Assembly: GCA_046757165.1 (NCBI GenBank)
Contig: JBHHXT010000001.1
Span: 32,627 to 96,626 of the forward strand
Source: a bacterium
GTDB taxonomy: Bacteria; Zhuqueibacterota; Zhuqueibacteria; Oceanimicrobiales; Oceanimicrobiaceae
Direction of reading: 5' to 3'
Length of the DNA: 64,000 nucleotides
Within the stretch, counting starts at the first letter, position 1, and the number at the start of each line of letters is the position of its first letter. The notes under the pieces are model-generated. The model saw only the letters and a list, made by a program, of their open reading frames with translations. It did no database searches and was not told the DNA's origin. A program made the translations under genes and the position numbers. Shown here piece by piece: positions 37,156 to 48,843 of the stretch.

Positions 37156-38241
37156 TCACTTTGGCGGCAGATACTTGCCTTCGGCCACGTCCGGATGACT
37201 GCTGACCCAAACACGCTGTGCCCGGCCATCCGATAATTCGATTTCAATACGATCTCCGGATAACTCGTTGGCTCCTTTGTAAGAATCGTCCTCGATAATG
37301 TGATAAAAACTGGTCGCCTGGTTGTCGATAATGACCCGGCGCAATTTCTTGTCTTCAAAATAAAACGTCATCTGTTGACCCGTCAACTTGTTTTGCCAGC
37401 GACCTTTGTTCAACGTATCCGCGTCTGATACCGCCAGAGCATGCCCGCTGACGGTCGCCCGTTTCAACTCAGAGCCCTTCAGAAACAGATGCACGGTATC
37501 CCCTCGGATGGTGTAGTTGGGTTGTCGCACCTCCGGATTCTCGAGCAGTGTGACCAGGTCATCGACCTTCGAAAACTCCGCCCTGCCTGAAGTCGCGGTG
37601 ATCTCCGGCTGTGTCATCTCGACACTTCCGATTGCAAGGGTCCGGTCGCCGTTCTCGAAAATCTTCATCGTATCCGCAACGATGCGCGAGGTCTCGTTGC
37701 CCAAACTGTCATAGTTGATCAGCACCGGGCTTCCCCAGACTTTGCCGTAACGGTCATCACGCCAGTACTCCGCAAAGCTCCCGGTCAAGGCCATCTGCTC
37801 CTTCTTGTTCGCAATCCGAACATGGCGTTCGGAAAACAGCTTCCTTTGCCTCTGAAAATAGGTCATTCGGTCTGCCATGGTTGTGTCCGTGGGCGTAATG
37901 TTGACGACATTTCCAGAGGCGACCTGCTTTTCTTCTTTTTCAAAAATGAAGACCGTATCCGCCAGCAGCGTCTGCTCATCATCAAAAATCTTGACGTGGC
38001 CGACCAACATGTATTGCTTTCGACTGAGCGATTGTGTTGCAACGTCGCAGAGAATTGTCGTTTTCCCTTGCCGTAGTTTCACGTTTCCAACCAGCTTTTG
38101 CACAACCTGTCCGCTGACTTCCTCCCGACTAAATGACCCCGCCTGAATGAGCCGCAGTCTCTCTCCAGCCTCCTGAGACAGAAGAATCTGGGCAGTCAAT
38201 AGACTTAGAACGTTAACGATATTCAAACAAAACCAATACAA
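37156..38241 (-). CDS. lptA: OstA/LptA-like periplasmic LPS transport protein (long form)
   Basis: Signal-like N-terminus. Repetitive beta-jellyroll-like sequence (..GNVKLRQGKTTILCD.., ..GDTVHLF.., ..GHA.AVS). Assigned mainly from its position between lptC and lptB. Confidence 0.6.
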   Translation of the reverse strand: MYWFCLNIVNVLSLLTAQILLSQEAGERLRLIQAGSFSREEVSGQVVQKLVGNVKLRQGKTTILCDVATQSLSRKQYMLVGHVKIFDDEQTLLADTVFIFEKEEKQVASGNVVNITPTDTTMADRMTYFQRQRKLFSERHVRIANKKEQMALTGSFAEYWRDDRYGKVWGSPVLINYDSLGNETSRIVADTMKIFENGDRTLAIGSVEMTQPEITATSGRAEFSKVDDLVTLLENPEVRQPNYTIRGDTVHLFLKGSELKRATVSGHALAVSDADTLNKGRWQNKLTGQQMTFYFEDKKLRRVIIDNQATSFYHIIEDDSYKGANELSGDRIEIELSDGRAQRVWVSSHPDVAEGKYLPPK

Positions 38242-38253
38242 ACCGCCTACGAC

Positions 38254-38802
38254 TCATTCATTGAGATTCAGTTTTTTCTGGGTCACGCCATACGGCTTCT
38301 TAATCACCCAGTTTTTGAAAGAACGTTCAGATTCGAACCCGGTGCCGTGAATGGTATCTGACTCTGCGGTGACGACGGTCACGAAGTCATCGGAGGTTGC
38401 CTTTCCCCTGGAATCACTCCAGAGCAGTTTTTCAGTAAACAGAGAAATACCGTGGTCCGACTTGATTCGTACATTGCCCTTGAATTCGATCTCATTTGTC
38501 CGTTCATTCAAAGTCGCCTCGCGCATTTTGACTCTCGAACTGTGCTCGCCGTTCTCATAAAAATCGATAGTTACGCCATCGAAAAACCTGGATTGTTTCT
38601 GACTCGAGTACCTTTCCATTCGCTTGTACCGGATTTGCCACCGCAATTGACCCTTGCTCGTGGTGGTCAGCATGGCATCAAACCCCTCCTGATCTGGTGC
38701 CTCCGCCAGGTCATCGTTGTTCGAGGTGAAATCCTGGTCTGAACGGCACCCCCCCACCATGAGCGCAAAAAAGCAAATGAATATCTTTATTTTATAATTC
38801 AT
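38254..38802 (-). CDS. lptC: LPS export system protein LptC (lipoprotein-type N-terminus)
   Basis: 182 aa. The N-terminus ..FFALMVGGCRSD is lipobox-like. Size and position directly upstream of lptA-lptB support the call. Confidence 0.6.
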   Translation of the reverse strand: MNYKIKIFICFFALMVGGCRSDQDFTSNNDDLAEAPDQEGFDAMLTTTSKGQLRWQIRYKRMERYSSQKQSRFFDGVTIDFYENGEHSSRVKMREATLNERTNEIEFKGNVRIKSDHGISLFTEKLLWSDSRGKATSDDFVTVVTAESDTIHGTGFESERSFKNWVIKKPYGVTQKKLNLNE

Positions 38803-38847
38803 AACTATTTATCGACATCCAGACTGAATATTACACCAGCGAGCCAT

Positions 38848-40798
<1,951 letters not shown>

Positions 40799-40829
40799 TC
40801 GTGCTTTTCCTCAATTCAAAAATCTACGT

Positions 40830-40858
40830 AATATAAAATAATAGATTTTGATTGTCAA
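40830..40858 (-). promoter_or_regulatory. Sigma70-type promoter for gatC-pyrG
   Basis: The minus strand reads TTGACA (40858-40853)-N17-TATATT (40835-40830), ~30 nt upstream of the gatC ATG. GAGGA SD. Confidence 0.6.
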
Positions 40859-40914
40859 GGCTAATCTAAGCCGATGGCATAATTTTTGTAAGTCGCTATT
40901 TTTTCATCAAGTAC

Positions 40915-40940
40915 AAAAGAAAAAAGCGGCAGATGCCGCT
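40915..40940 (-). terminator. Rho-independent terminator after rpmA
   Basis: AGCGGC-atct-GCCGCT hairpin followed on the minus strand by TTTTTTCTTTT, 83 nt after the rpmA stop. A short T-run on the + strand makes it potentially bidirectional. Confidence 0.75.
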
Positions 40941-41022
40941 TTTTAATCTCAAACTCCTCCCGACCCAACCGGGCGAAAACTGTCACCGCTTGGGCCGCCA
41001 GCTGGGCTGAACCTCAGACGGG

Positions 41023-41280
41023 TCAACTCCTCGACAGCACATTCACGACCTTTTTGTACCGGCCCTTGCGCTCGAACTTCACCACGCCCTCGATGAGAGC
41101 AAACAGAGAATCATCCCTCCCCCGGCCAACGTTTTCCCCGGGATGAATCTTGGTCCCCCGTTGACGAACAAGAATACTGCCTGCCGTCACACGTTGGCCG
41201 TCGAAGCGCTTCACGCCCAGAAACTGCGGATTGCTGTCGCGCCCGTTCTTCGAGCTCCCTACGCCTTTCTTATGCGCCAT
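41023..41280 (-). CDS. rpmA: 50S ribosomal protein L27
   Basis: [23 protein letters not shown]. Confidence 0.97.
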   Translation of the reverse strand: MAHKKGVGSSKNGRDSNPQFLGVKRFDGQRVTAGSILVRQRGTKIHPGENVGRGRDDSLFALIEGVVKFERKGRYKKVVNVLSRS

Positions 41281-41620
41281 CCTCTTGTTCTCCTGCTTGT
41301 TTTGCTTTTGCTTTTGAAATACTCTTGATCACCAGTTCGGTAAAATCCTGCCGATGCCCTCTGGTCACCTGATATCCCTTTCGCCGCTTCTTCTTGAAAA
41401 CGATTACTTTCCGGTCGCGCCCGAAACTCTCAATCCTGGCTTTGACGCTGGCCCGCTCCACGACGGGCTGCCCAACCGTAACCTTGCCCTTGTCGGAGAT
41501 AAGAAGAACCTTGTCAAACTCAATGTTCTTACCAACCTGGCCCGCCACTTTGGGAACGCGAATACTCTCGCCCTTGCTAACCTTGAATTGTTTTCCAGCA
41601 ATATCGACAATTGCATACAT
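41270..41620 (-). CDS. rplU: 50S ribosomal protein L21 (with short K/A/E-rich C-terminal extension)
   Basis: [20 protein letters not shown] 41618-41620 after a CAGGAGG SD. The 3' end overlaps the rpmA start by 11 nt. Confidence 0.95.
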   Translation of the reverse strand: MYAIVDIAGKQFKVSKGESIRVPKVAGQVGKNIEFDKVLLISDKGKVTVGQPVVERASVKARIESFGRDRKVIVFKKKRRKGYQVTRGHRQDFTELVIKSISKAKAKQAGEQEDGA

Positions 41621-41653
41621 GATTGAATGCCTCCTGAACAAAGTGTATAATCA

Positions 41654-41682
41654 ATCCTAGTACGACGGAGCCGCACGGTCAA
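41654..41682 (-). promoter_or_regulatory. Sigma70-type promoter candidate for rplU-rpmA
   Basis: The minus strand reads TTGACC-N17-TAGGAT in the 77-nt gap between rng and rplU. Confidence 0.35.
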
Positions 41683-41697
41683 ACAGAAAGGACCACC

Positions 41698-43230
41698 TCA
41701 GGCTAAGAATCGCTCCGTAACGTCTTTGCCATCTGATTGTAATAGAATTCTAAACAGGTCCGTTCGCAGAGTGTCATCTCTTACGATATCGATTTTCACT
41801 CGATATTTCCACATGAGTCTTCGTTTGTTATTGAAGAAGCCGTTGCTCAAGTAGTTGGCAATGGAGGGATGAATATGCAACTGAAGCTTCCGTTCTTTCC
41901 TCTCTGCCCTGAACCGCTTGATCCAACGCTCTATCTTGGTCAGGACCGTACTTTCAGACACAACGCGGCCGACGCCATCACAGGCGGGGCACGGCTCGCT
42001 GAAAGCAAACAGTAGACTTGGTCGCACCCGTTCTCGCGTCATCTCGATCAGACCGAATTCACTGATCGGCGCCAGATTAGCTTGCGCCCGACTCTTTTTG
42101 AGCTCTCTCACAAATTCATCATACAGTTTTCTTTTATTCTTAGGATTGAGCATATCGATAAAATCGATGACGATGATCCCCCCGATATCCCGCAATCTCA
42201 ACTGACGTGCAATTTCCCGGGCGGCTTCGAGATTAACCCTGAGAATATTATCTTCCGGCTGCTTGCCTCCGACAAATTTACCACTGTTGACGTCGACAGC
42301 CACCAGGGCCTCTGTGTGATCGAAAATAAGATACCCTCCGCTGGGCATCCAGACTTTTCTGGAAAGACTCTTTTCAAATTCAACTTCAATGCCATAATGG
42401 TCGAAAATCGGTTTCTTGCCATTATATGATTCCACTCGACCTGCAAGGCTCGAGCCTACCTCTCGCAAATATGAGGTTGTTTCGCGGTAAAGCTTCTTCG
42501 AATCCACCACCACCCGGCCAACATCGTGTGTGAACAGGTCACGTATCACGCTGGAGGCCATGGTGACGTCCTTATAAATGAGGGCCGGCGGTGACACCTT
42601 CTTGAGTTTGTTTGCTAATCGCTTCCACTCCTTCAAGAGCAAATCCAAATCATTCTGTAGCGTCTTCTCATCCTTGTTTTCGGCTACAGTTCTGACAATC
42701 ACCCCGAATCCCTCAGGCCTGATGCCTTGCACAATCTTCTTGAGATTGCGCTTCTCCCTGAGTCGATAGATTTTCTTCGACACGCCAACGACATTGGAAT
42801 TCGGCACCAGCACCAGGAATCTGCCCGGGAAAGCCAGCTCAGTCGAAACCCGCGCTCCTTTTCGGCTGATAGGTTCCTTGATGATCTGGACCAAAATTTT
42901 CTGGCCTTCCTTTGGAATAGGTCTGCGACTTCTCTCCCTGCTGGTCCGCCGTCTTCCATTCAGATTGATGAAGGTCCGATAGTCAACAATCTCATCCCCG
43001 ATATCTGAAAAATGCAAGAAAGCGTCCTGTTGGTGTCCGATGTTCACAAAGGCCGCCTGCATCCCTTCAACAACTTTCACCACATGTCCGACGTAAATAT
43101 CGCCAACCATCCTGCCGCGCTCGGGCTGTTCAACGAATAGCTCAACCAACTGTCGATTTTCTAAAATGGCAATGCGGGTCTCTCCAATTGACGAATTGAT
43201 TATGATTTCCTTTTTCATCTTGACTTGCAA
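41698..43230 (-). CDS. rng: Ribonuclease G/E family endoribonuclease
   Basis: S1 domain VGDIYVGHVVKVVEGMQAAFVNIG. Catalytic core ..LVAVDVNSGKF.. and ..IGGIIVIDFIDM... Zn-link CPACDG. TTG start with AGGAG 5 nt upstream. Confidence 0.92.
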   Translation of the reverse strand: MQVKMKKEIIINSSIGETRIAILENRQLVELFVEQPERGRMVGDIYVGHVVKVVEGMQAAFVNIGHQQDAFLHFSDIGDEIVDYRTFINLNGRRRTSRERSRRPIPKEGQKILVQIIKEPISRKGARVSTELAFPGRFLVLVPNSNVVGVSKKIYRLREKRNLKKIVQGIRPEGFGVIVRTVAENKDEKTLQNDLDLLLKEWKRLANKLKKVSPPALIYKDVTMASSVIRDLFTHDVGRVVVDSKKLYRETTSYLREVGSSLAGRVESYNGKKPIFDHYGIEVEFEKSLSRKVWMPSGGYLIFDHTEALVAVDVNSGKFVGGKQPEDNILRVNLEAAREIARQLRLRDIGGIIVIDFIDMLNPKNKRKLYDEFVRELKKSRAQANLAPISEFGLIEMTRERVRPSLLFAFSEPCPACDGVGRVVSESTVLTKIERWIKRFRAERKERKLQLHIHPSIANYLSNGFFNNKRRLMWKYRVKIDIVRDDTLRTDLFRILLQSDGKDVTERFLA

Positions 43231-43367
43231 CTATGCTCCTATCATATTTGGTTGAAAATATTTCCTATTCAAACACCTAAACAGTTGCACATCACCGAAA
43301 CTGTCAAAGAACGCCAAGCAAATAAGAAGGGATACTTCTACCCATCTGCTGATAGGAAATAAAATTA

Positions 43368-43396
43368 AGTATAAGGAAAATAACATAAACTTGCAA
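43368..43396 (-). promoter_or_regulatory. Sigma70-type promoter candidate for rng
   Basis: The minus strand reads TTGCAA-N17-TATACT, predicting a ~130-nt AT-rich leader. Confidence 0.4.
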
Positions 43397-43425
43397 GAAT
43401 TTTTTCTGTTACCTAAGCGTTGTAC

Positions 43426-44100
43426 TTACAAGAGATTATTCTCGTTTATGACAAGATTGAACTGCGTCTCCAAGAAATTGGCCGCTTTCTTGCAATAAAG
43501 CATCCGATTCAAGAAGATTTCAAAGTACTCCATCACCGAAGAAATCTCGTCATCGATCGTGAGCGAAAGCGTTATTGTCTTCCTCTGATTGTCGACATCA
43601 AGGTACGATTTGTTGACCGCATAGTTCACCCGGTCATGGATATCAAACTTGATCATGTCGGGATTGCGCACCCGGGAGCGGTGCACATCAGACTTATCGG
43701 CCAGGATCAAGCCGGCGGAAACCCGGTTAACCGGTTCCCAGCCATCATCATCATCATGATTGCCGATAGCAGAGACGATGACGGTGATCTCATCGATATC
43801 CATTCCCAGGTCGCGCAGCAGCGTGTGAGCCAACACCGCCCCGGTATAGGGATGGTTGACGCGGTTAAACACGTTGCCGATATCGTGCAAATAGCCTGCA
43901 ATGGATGACAACTCAGCTTCACGTTCTGAGGTGCCGAGCTGTAACAATGTTTGCCGGGCCACTTTTGCGACCAAGCCACAATGCCGCGCTCCATGCTCGG
44001 TATATCCCACCACGGCAAGATTCTCGTCCGCGCGACGAATATAGGCCTGGACTTGCCTGTCTTTTTTCACATTATCCAAAGTGATTACTGTGCCCATCAA
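43426..44100 (-). CDS. HD-domain metal-dependent phosphohydrolase
   Basis: H...HD signature: EHGARHCGLVA ... GYLHDIGN. Confidence 0.8.
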   Translation of the reverse strand: MMGTVITLDNVKKDRQVQAYIRRADENLAVVGYTEHGARHCGLVAKVARQTLLQLGTSEREAELSSIAGYLHDIGNVFNRVNHPYTGAVLAHTLLRDLGMDIDEITVIVSAIGNHDDDDGWEPVNRVSAGLILADKSDVHRSRVRNPDMIKFDIHDRVNYAVNKSYLDVDNQRKTITLSLTIDDEISSVMEYFEIFLNRMLYCKKAANFLETQFNLVINENNLL

Positions 44101-44134
44101 TTTTTGCTCCAGACTTTTTTCCTTTATCTACTGT

Positions 44135-44761
44135 CTATGAATTCACCAGGAAAGGATTGAATTGCCGTTCGTGGCCGATGGTCGTTGTCGGCCCGTGTCC
44201 TGGAAAAACCTGAGTCTCATCACCGAGCAGAAGCAACCTGGTCTTGATCGTACGAATAAGCGTGTCATAGTCTCCACCCGGCAAATCCGTTCGCCCAATC
44301 GATTCGGCAAATAAAACATCACCCACAAAGGCAACACCCTGTGCAAGAAATGTCACGCTGCCAGGTGAATGTCCGGGTGTGTGAACCACCTCAAAGACAC
44401 TGTGACCAAACTCGATTTTTTCCCCTTCATGGATATACTTGTCCACACTTGGAATTCCGGAAGTCGTCATACCGAAGGCGGCAGCCTGTGCCGGCAAATT
44501 GTCCAGCAGGAACTGATCATCGGCATGCATCAACACCGGAACGTCGATCTCCTTCTGGAAGGCGACCACTTCTTTCACATGGTCCAGATGCCCATGCGTG
44601 AGGAGAATTAACTTGATCGTGAGCTTATGTTCTTCTATCTTTCGAACGATCTTCGCGATTTCATCGCCCGGATCGAGGACAACGCCCTGCCGCGTTTCTT
44701 CGCATGCCACCACGTAGCAGTTCTCTGCAAACGCTCCAACCTGCATACAATCAATTATCAT
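44135..44761 (-). CDS. MBL-fold metallo-hydrolase (glyoxalase II/YcbL-like)
   Basis: HxHxDH motif LLTHGHLDHV, plus later HTPGHSPG and PGHG. Confidence 0.88.
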   Translation of the reverse strand: MIIDCMQVGAFAENCYVVACEETRQGVVLDPGDEIAKIVRKIEEHKLTIKLILLTHGHLDHVKEVVAFQKEIDVPVLMHADDQFLLDNLPAQAAAFGMTTSGIPSVDKYIHEGEKIEFGHSVFEVVHTPGHSPGSVTFLAQGVAFVGDVLFAESIGRTDLPGGDYDTLIRTIKTRLLLLGDETQVFPGHGPTTTIGHERQFNPFLVNS

Positions 44762-44771
44762 GGCTGAGCTC

Positions 44772-45617
44772 TCATGACGGTTGTTGGCAGTTTCCCAAAG
44801 CTTTCATCTGTCCCACAATTTCATATTCCACCGTGTACTTACCCAGTGCTTCCTCGCCTTTAGGGCCACCATGAAAATCAGAGCCACCCGTAGCCAGGAG
44901 ACCATGGTTCCTGGCGAGATTCCGGTAGAAATCGGTTTTCTCTTCGCGGTGTTTTGGATGGACCACCTCAATGCCCTGGATCCCCATCTTGAACAGCGGC
45001 ATCAAGTCTCGATTCTGTACTTGTATGCCGGGGTGGGCGATGGAACAGATGCCGCCAGCCGACTTCACTATAGAAACGGCGGTGTAGACGTCGATCTTGT
45101 ACTTCTCCACATTTGCCGGTTTGCCATCTCCCAGAAATCTATCAAAAGCCTCCTGGAAAGAATCGATGACCCCATTCTCTAACATGACGTTTGCAATGTG
45201 TGGGCGTCCAATCGACCCCGCTCCACCCTTTTCAAGCACGTCATCTAATGAAATATGAATCCCCGAGAGAGCAAGTTTCTCAATGATCTGGCGGGCACGT
45301 TTGAGGCGCTCACGCCTAAACAATCCTAAATAGTCGAGCAAATCAGAGTCGTGATAATCGAAACAGTATCCAAGAACGTGAATGTCCTGGCCGCGGAAAT
45401 AGACACTCAGTTCAACACCCGGCAGCACTTCGATGTTTTTGCTTTTGCCGTATTGGATGGCTTCGGGAAGAGCGCCGATCTCGTCATGGTCTACAATCGC
45501 AATCGCACTCAGGCCATGGGAGTGCACTTTATCGATGAGATCATTCGGTGTGTAGTATCCGTCTGAATGACAAGTATGAAGATGTAAATCGACATCGCCG
45601 TGATTGGTATTCGTCAT
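44772..45617 (-). CDS. PHP-domain phosphoesterase (TrpH/YciV-like)
   Basis: VDLHLHTCHSDG, IVDHD, and a C-terminal GGSDFHG. Confidence 0.88.
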   Translation of the reverse strand: MTNTNHGDVDLHLHTCHSDGYYTPNDLIDKVHSHGLSAIAIVDHDEIGALPEAIQYGKSKNIEVLPGVELSVYFRGQDIHVLGYCFDYHDSDLLDYLGLFRRERLKRARQIIEKLALSGIHISLDDVLEKGGAGSIGRPHIANVMLENGVIDSFQEAFDRFLGDGKPANVEKYKIDVYTAVSIVKSAGGICSIAHPGIQVQNRDLMPLFKMGIQGIEVVHPKHREEKTDFYRNLARNHGLLATGGSDFHGGPKGEEALGKYTVEYEIVGQMKALGNCQQPS

Positions 45618-45625
45618 CGTACAGA

Positions 45626-46180
45626 CTATACTTTCGGTAGTGTCACGCCCACCTGCCCCTGGTACTTGCCCTTCTTGTCACCATAAGAAAGCATACATTC
45701 CTCATCGCTTTCGAAGAACAGAATTTGAGCGATGCCTTCGCCGGAGTAGATCTTGGCGGGCAACGGGGTGGTGTTCGAAATCTCTAATGTCACATGCCCT
45801 TCCCAGCCTGGCTCCAGAGGCGTTACGTTCGTGATAATGCCACATCTGGCATAGGTTGACTTGCCAAGACAGATAGTCATCACTTGCCTGGGAATTTTGA
45901 AGTACTCGATAGTGCGCCCCAAAGCAAACGAATTCGGCGGAATAATGCAAACCTCGCCCTTGAAGTCAACGAACGACTGCGGATCGAAATGCTTGGGATC
46001 CACGATAGTCGAATTCAAATTCGTGAAAATCTTGTACTCGTCAGCAATTCTAACGTCATAGCCGTACGAGGACAAGCCGTATGAAATCACGTTTTCACGC
46101 ACTTGACTCTCAACGAAGGAGCGGATCATGTCCTCTTCTAACGCCATCTTTTTAATCCACTTATCGGCTTTGATGGCCAT
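45626..46180 (-). CDS. dcd: dCTP deaminase
   Basis: [20 protein letters not shown]......[12 protein letters not shown] and a trimeric dUTPase-like core. Confidence 0.9.
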   Translation of the reverse strand: MAIKADKWIKKMALEEDMIRSFVESQVRENVISYGLSSYGYDVRIADEYKIFTNLNSTIVDPKHFDPQSFVDFKGEVCIIPPNSFALGRTIEYFKIPRQVMTICLGKSTYARCGIITNVTPLEPGWEGHVTLEISNTTPLPAKIYSGEGIAQILFFESDEECMLSYGDKKGKYQGQVGVTLPKV

Positions 46181-46233
46181 CGGCTCGACCTCCGTTACTC
46201 ATTTTCGACTCAATCAAATCCTAACTTGACCTT

Positions 46234-46989
46234 TCAGCTACTTTTCGACTTCTTCAACGCAAGGTGAGAGACCAGAATGCTGATCTCGTAGAGCAAGACC
46301 AAAGGCACGGCCAGCAACAGTTGTGTCATAATGTCCGGCGGCGTAATAACGGCAGACAGTATGACCATCACCACAATACCATGACGCCGGTAATGACGCA
46401 GAAAAGGCGGGGTGACCAACCCAATCTTAGTCAAGAAAAAAGACAGCACAGGCAGCTCGAAAATCAACCCAAAGACCATGATGAGCATGGTGACAAACTG
46501 CAGATATTCATTGACAGAAATCGTCGCGATCATCTCCGCGGTTTCGAAGCCCAGGAGAAACGGCAGACCGTACCTCAAAACGACGAAATAGCAAAAGAGT
46601 GCGCCCATCAGAAAACAAAAAGTCGAAAAAAACACCACGATCGGCACATATTTTCTTTCCTTGGAGAGGAGTCCGGGCACAACGAACTGCCAGAACTGAT
46701 AAAACACCACCGGCAACGCAATCATAAGACCAGAAAAAACAGACAGCTTCAGCCTTATCATGAATCCGCCGGTCGGTGTCAAAAAAATCAGCTTCTGGCT
46801 TTCGGGCTTGTTCAAGAACGCCATGGCGTCAGTATACGGGTTGACAAGTATCTTCAGAACCAGCTCAGAAAAAAAATAGATAACAATGCTCGCCACCACA
46901 ATTGCGACGATAGATTTGATCAACCGCCATCTTAGCTCTTCGAGATGGTCCAGAAACGGCAGTTCCTTTTCGCTTTCCGTTGCATTCAT
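46234..46989 (-). CDS. tatC: Twin-arginine translocase subunit TatC
   Basis: LPFLDHLEELRWRLIKSI followed by six TM helices. Confidence 0.93.
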   Translation of the reverse strand: MNATESEKELPFLDHLEELRWRLIKSIVAIVVASIVIYFFSELVLKILVNPYTDAMAFLNKPESQKLIFLTPTGGFMIRLKLSVFSGLMIALPVVFYQFWQFVVPGLLSKERKYVPIVVFFSTFCFLMGALFCYFVVLRYGLPFLLGFETAEMIATISVNEYLQFVTMLIMVFGLIFELPVLSFFLTKIGLVTPPFLRHYRRHGIVVMVILSAVITPPDIMTQLLLAVPLVLLYEISILVSHLALKKSKSS

Positions 46990-47002
46990 AGCTAGCCCGA
47001 CA

Positions 47003-47044
47003 CAAAAGAGCAGATAGTGACCAAAACCGTCAGGCTATCTGCTC
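47003..47044 (-). terminator. 10-bp-stem hairpin plus T4 after nrdR (terminator or attenuator immediately upstream of tatC)
   Basis: GAGCAGATAG (47008-47017) and CTATCTGCTC (47035-47044) flank a 17-nt loop. TTTT follows on the minus strand. The hairpin ends only ~15 nt before the tatC ATG. Confidence 0.55.
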
Positions 47045-47076
47045 CAGAATTCCTTGATTGTGGTTCAAATTGACGT

Positions 47077-47526
47077 TTATTTCTCGAGTTCTTCCAGTTC
47101 GTTCAAAAACTCATTCTTGTCCTGGAAGTTGCGATAGACGGAAGCAAATCGAACATAGGCCACGTCATCAAGCTCCCGCAGGAACTGTATCACCAACTCC
47201 CCGATCTCGCGTGACTTCACCTCGTCCTGCTGCTTATCACGCAAAAGACCCTCGATTTGGTTTACCACCTCCTCGAGCAAAGCCGTAGAGATCGGGCGCT
47301 TCTTACAGGCAATCTGCAGACTGAGCTTGAGCTTTTCATGGTCGTACGGCTGCCGACGCCCATCTGACTTGACGACCATCAAGGGGGATTCCTCGATGTA
47401 CTCCTTAGTCGTAAATCTGCGCTCACACTTTAAGCACTCCCGGCGTCTTCGTACACCCCGTCCTTCACTGATGGAACGCGAATCGATGACTTTGCTGTCC
47501 TCAAACTGGCAATATGGGCATCGCAT
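47077..47526 (-). CDS. nrdR: Transcriptional repressor NrdR
   Basis: MRCPYCQFEDSKVIDSR zinc ribbon plus an ATP-cone domain. Confidence 0.96.
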   Translation of the reverse strand: MRCPYCQFEDSKVIDSRSISEGRGVRRRRECLKCERRFTTKEYIEESPLMVVKSDGRRQPYDHEKLKLSLQIACKKRPISTALLEEVVNQIEGLLRDKQQDEVKSREIGELVIQFLRELDDVAYVRFASVYRNFQDKNEFLNELEELEK

Positions 47527-47532
47527 GTGGGA

Positions 47533-48843
47533 TCATTCGTCTAGCTCATACAGTGGAAAACGCGCACAAAGCTCACGCACCTCAGCTTCCACAGCCGGAC
47601 ATTCCGAGTCATTGTCGATATCTGACAGGATTCGGTCGATCAACACCGCAATGTGCTCCATTTCCGCTTCTTTCATGCCGCGGGTCGTGAGCGCCGGCGG
47701 ACCAATCCGAATGCCGCTGGTGACAAATGGACTCTGTGTGTCAAAGGGAACCATGTTCTTGTTGACCGTAATCCCGGCCTGTTCGAGCCGTGTTTCCGCT
47801 TGTTTGCCCGTCAGGCTTTTGTTTCTCAAATCGATCAGCATCACGTGCGTATCGGTGCCGCCCGAGACGATGTCATATCCGAGCTCAATTAGCTTATCCG
47901 CCAGGGCTTGTGCATTCTTGATCACCTGGGCTGCATAGATCTTGAAGCCCGGCTCCAAAGCTTCTTTGAAGGCAACGGCCTTGGCAGCGATGATGTGCAT
48001 CAACGGTCCACCTTGAAAACCAGGGAACACATTCGAATCGATCACCTCGGACCACAGTTTGACGCGGCCTTTGGGCGTCGCGAGGCCCAGATCGTTCTCA
48101 CCATCTTTGCCAACGATGATCATGCCGCCGCGCGGGCCACGCAAGGTTTTGTGTGTCGTCGTGGTCACGAGGTGGCAGTGTGGCACCGGGCTCGGTAACA
48201 AACCGGCTGCGATCAAGCCCGCGGGATGCGCAATGTCTGAAATAAGATACGCGCCAACCCTGTCAGCGATGTCACGGAAGCCTTCATAATCAATCTCACG
48301 GGAATACGCGCTGGCCCCGGTGATGATCAACTTCGGTTTGACCGAATGCGCGATATCCTCAACTTCATTCAGGTCGATACATCCAGTTGCTTTGCTGACG
48401 CCATAGAATTTAACATCAAAGATTCTGCCGGAGAAGTTTACCGGGCTTCCGTGCGTCAGGTGGCCTCCGTGCGACAAATCCATTCCCAGGATTTTTTCTC
48501 CGGGCTCGAGGAGGGCAAAATAGGCCGCAATGTTGGCCTGTGAACCGGAATGGGGCTGGACATTGACATGCTCGGCGTCAAAGAGCTTCTTGGCTCGCTC
48601 GCGCGCCAACTCCTCCGCCACGTCGACAAACTGACAACCACCATAATAGCGTTTACCCGGATAGCCTTCGGCATACTTGTTTGTCATCACCTGTCCCGCC
48701 GCCTGCAGCACAGCCCTGCTGACAAAATTCTCCGAGGCGATAAGCTCGAGCTTCTCGTTTTGACGCCGGGTTTCGTTTACAATTGCTCTGTAAAGTTCAG
48801 GATCGCTTTTTTGTACTTCTTTCAAGAGTGCACCATCAATCAC
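47533..48843 (-). CDS. glyA: Serine hydroxymethyltransferase
   Basis: GGHLTHGS; PLP-lysine context [14 protein letters not shown]. Confidence 0.97.
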   Translation of the reverse strand: MIDGALLKEVQKSDPELYRAIVNETRRQNEKLELIASENFVSRAVLQAAGQVMTNKYAEGYPGKRYYGGCQFVDVAEELARERAKKLFDAEHVNVQPHSGSQANIAAYFALLEPGEKILGMDLSHGGHLTHGSPVNFSGRIFDVKFYGVSKATGCIDLNEVEDIAHSVKPKLIITGASAYSREIDYEGFRDIADRVGAYLISDIAHPAGLIAAGLLPSPVPHCHLVTTTTHKTLRGPRGGMIIVGKDGENDLGLATPKGRVKLWSEVIDSNVFPGFQGGPLMHIIAAKAVAFKEALEPGFKIYAAQVIKNAQALADKLIELGYDIVSGGTDTHVMLIDLRNKSLTGKQAETRLEQAGITVNKNMVPFDTQSPFVTSGIRIGPPALTTRGMKEAEMEHIAVLIDRILSDIDNDSECPAVEAEVRELCARFPLYELDE

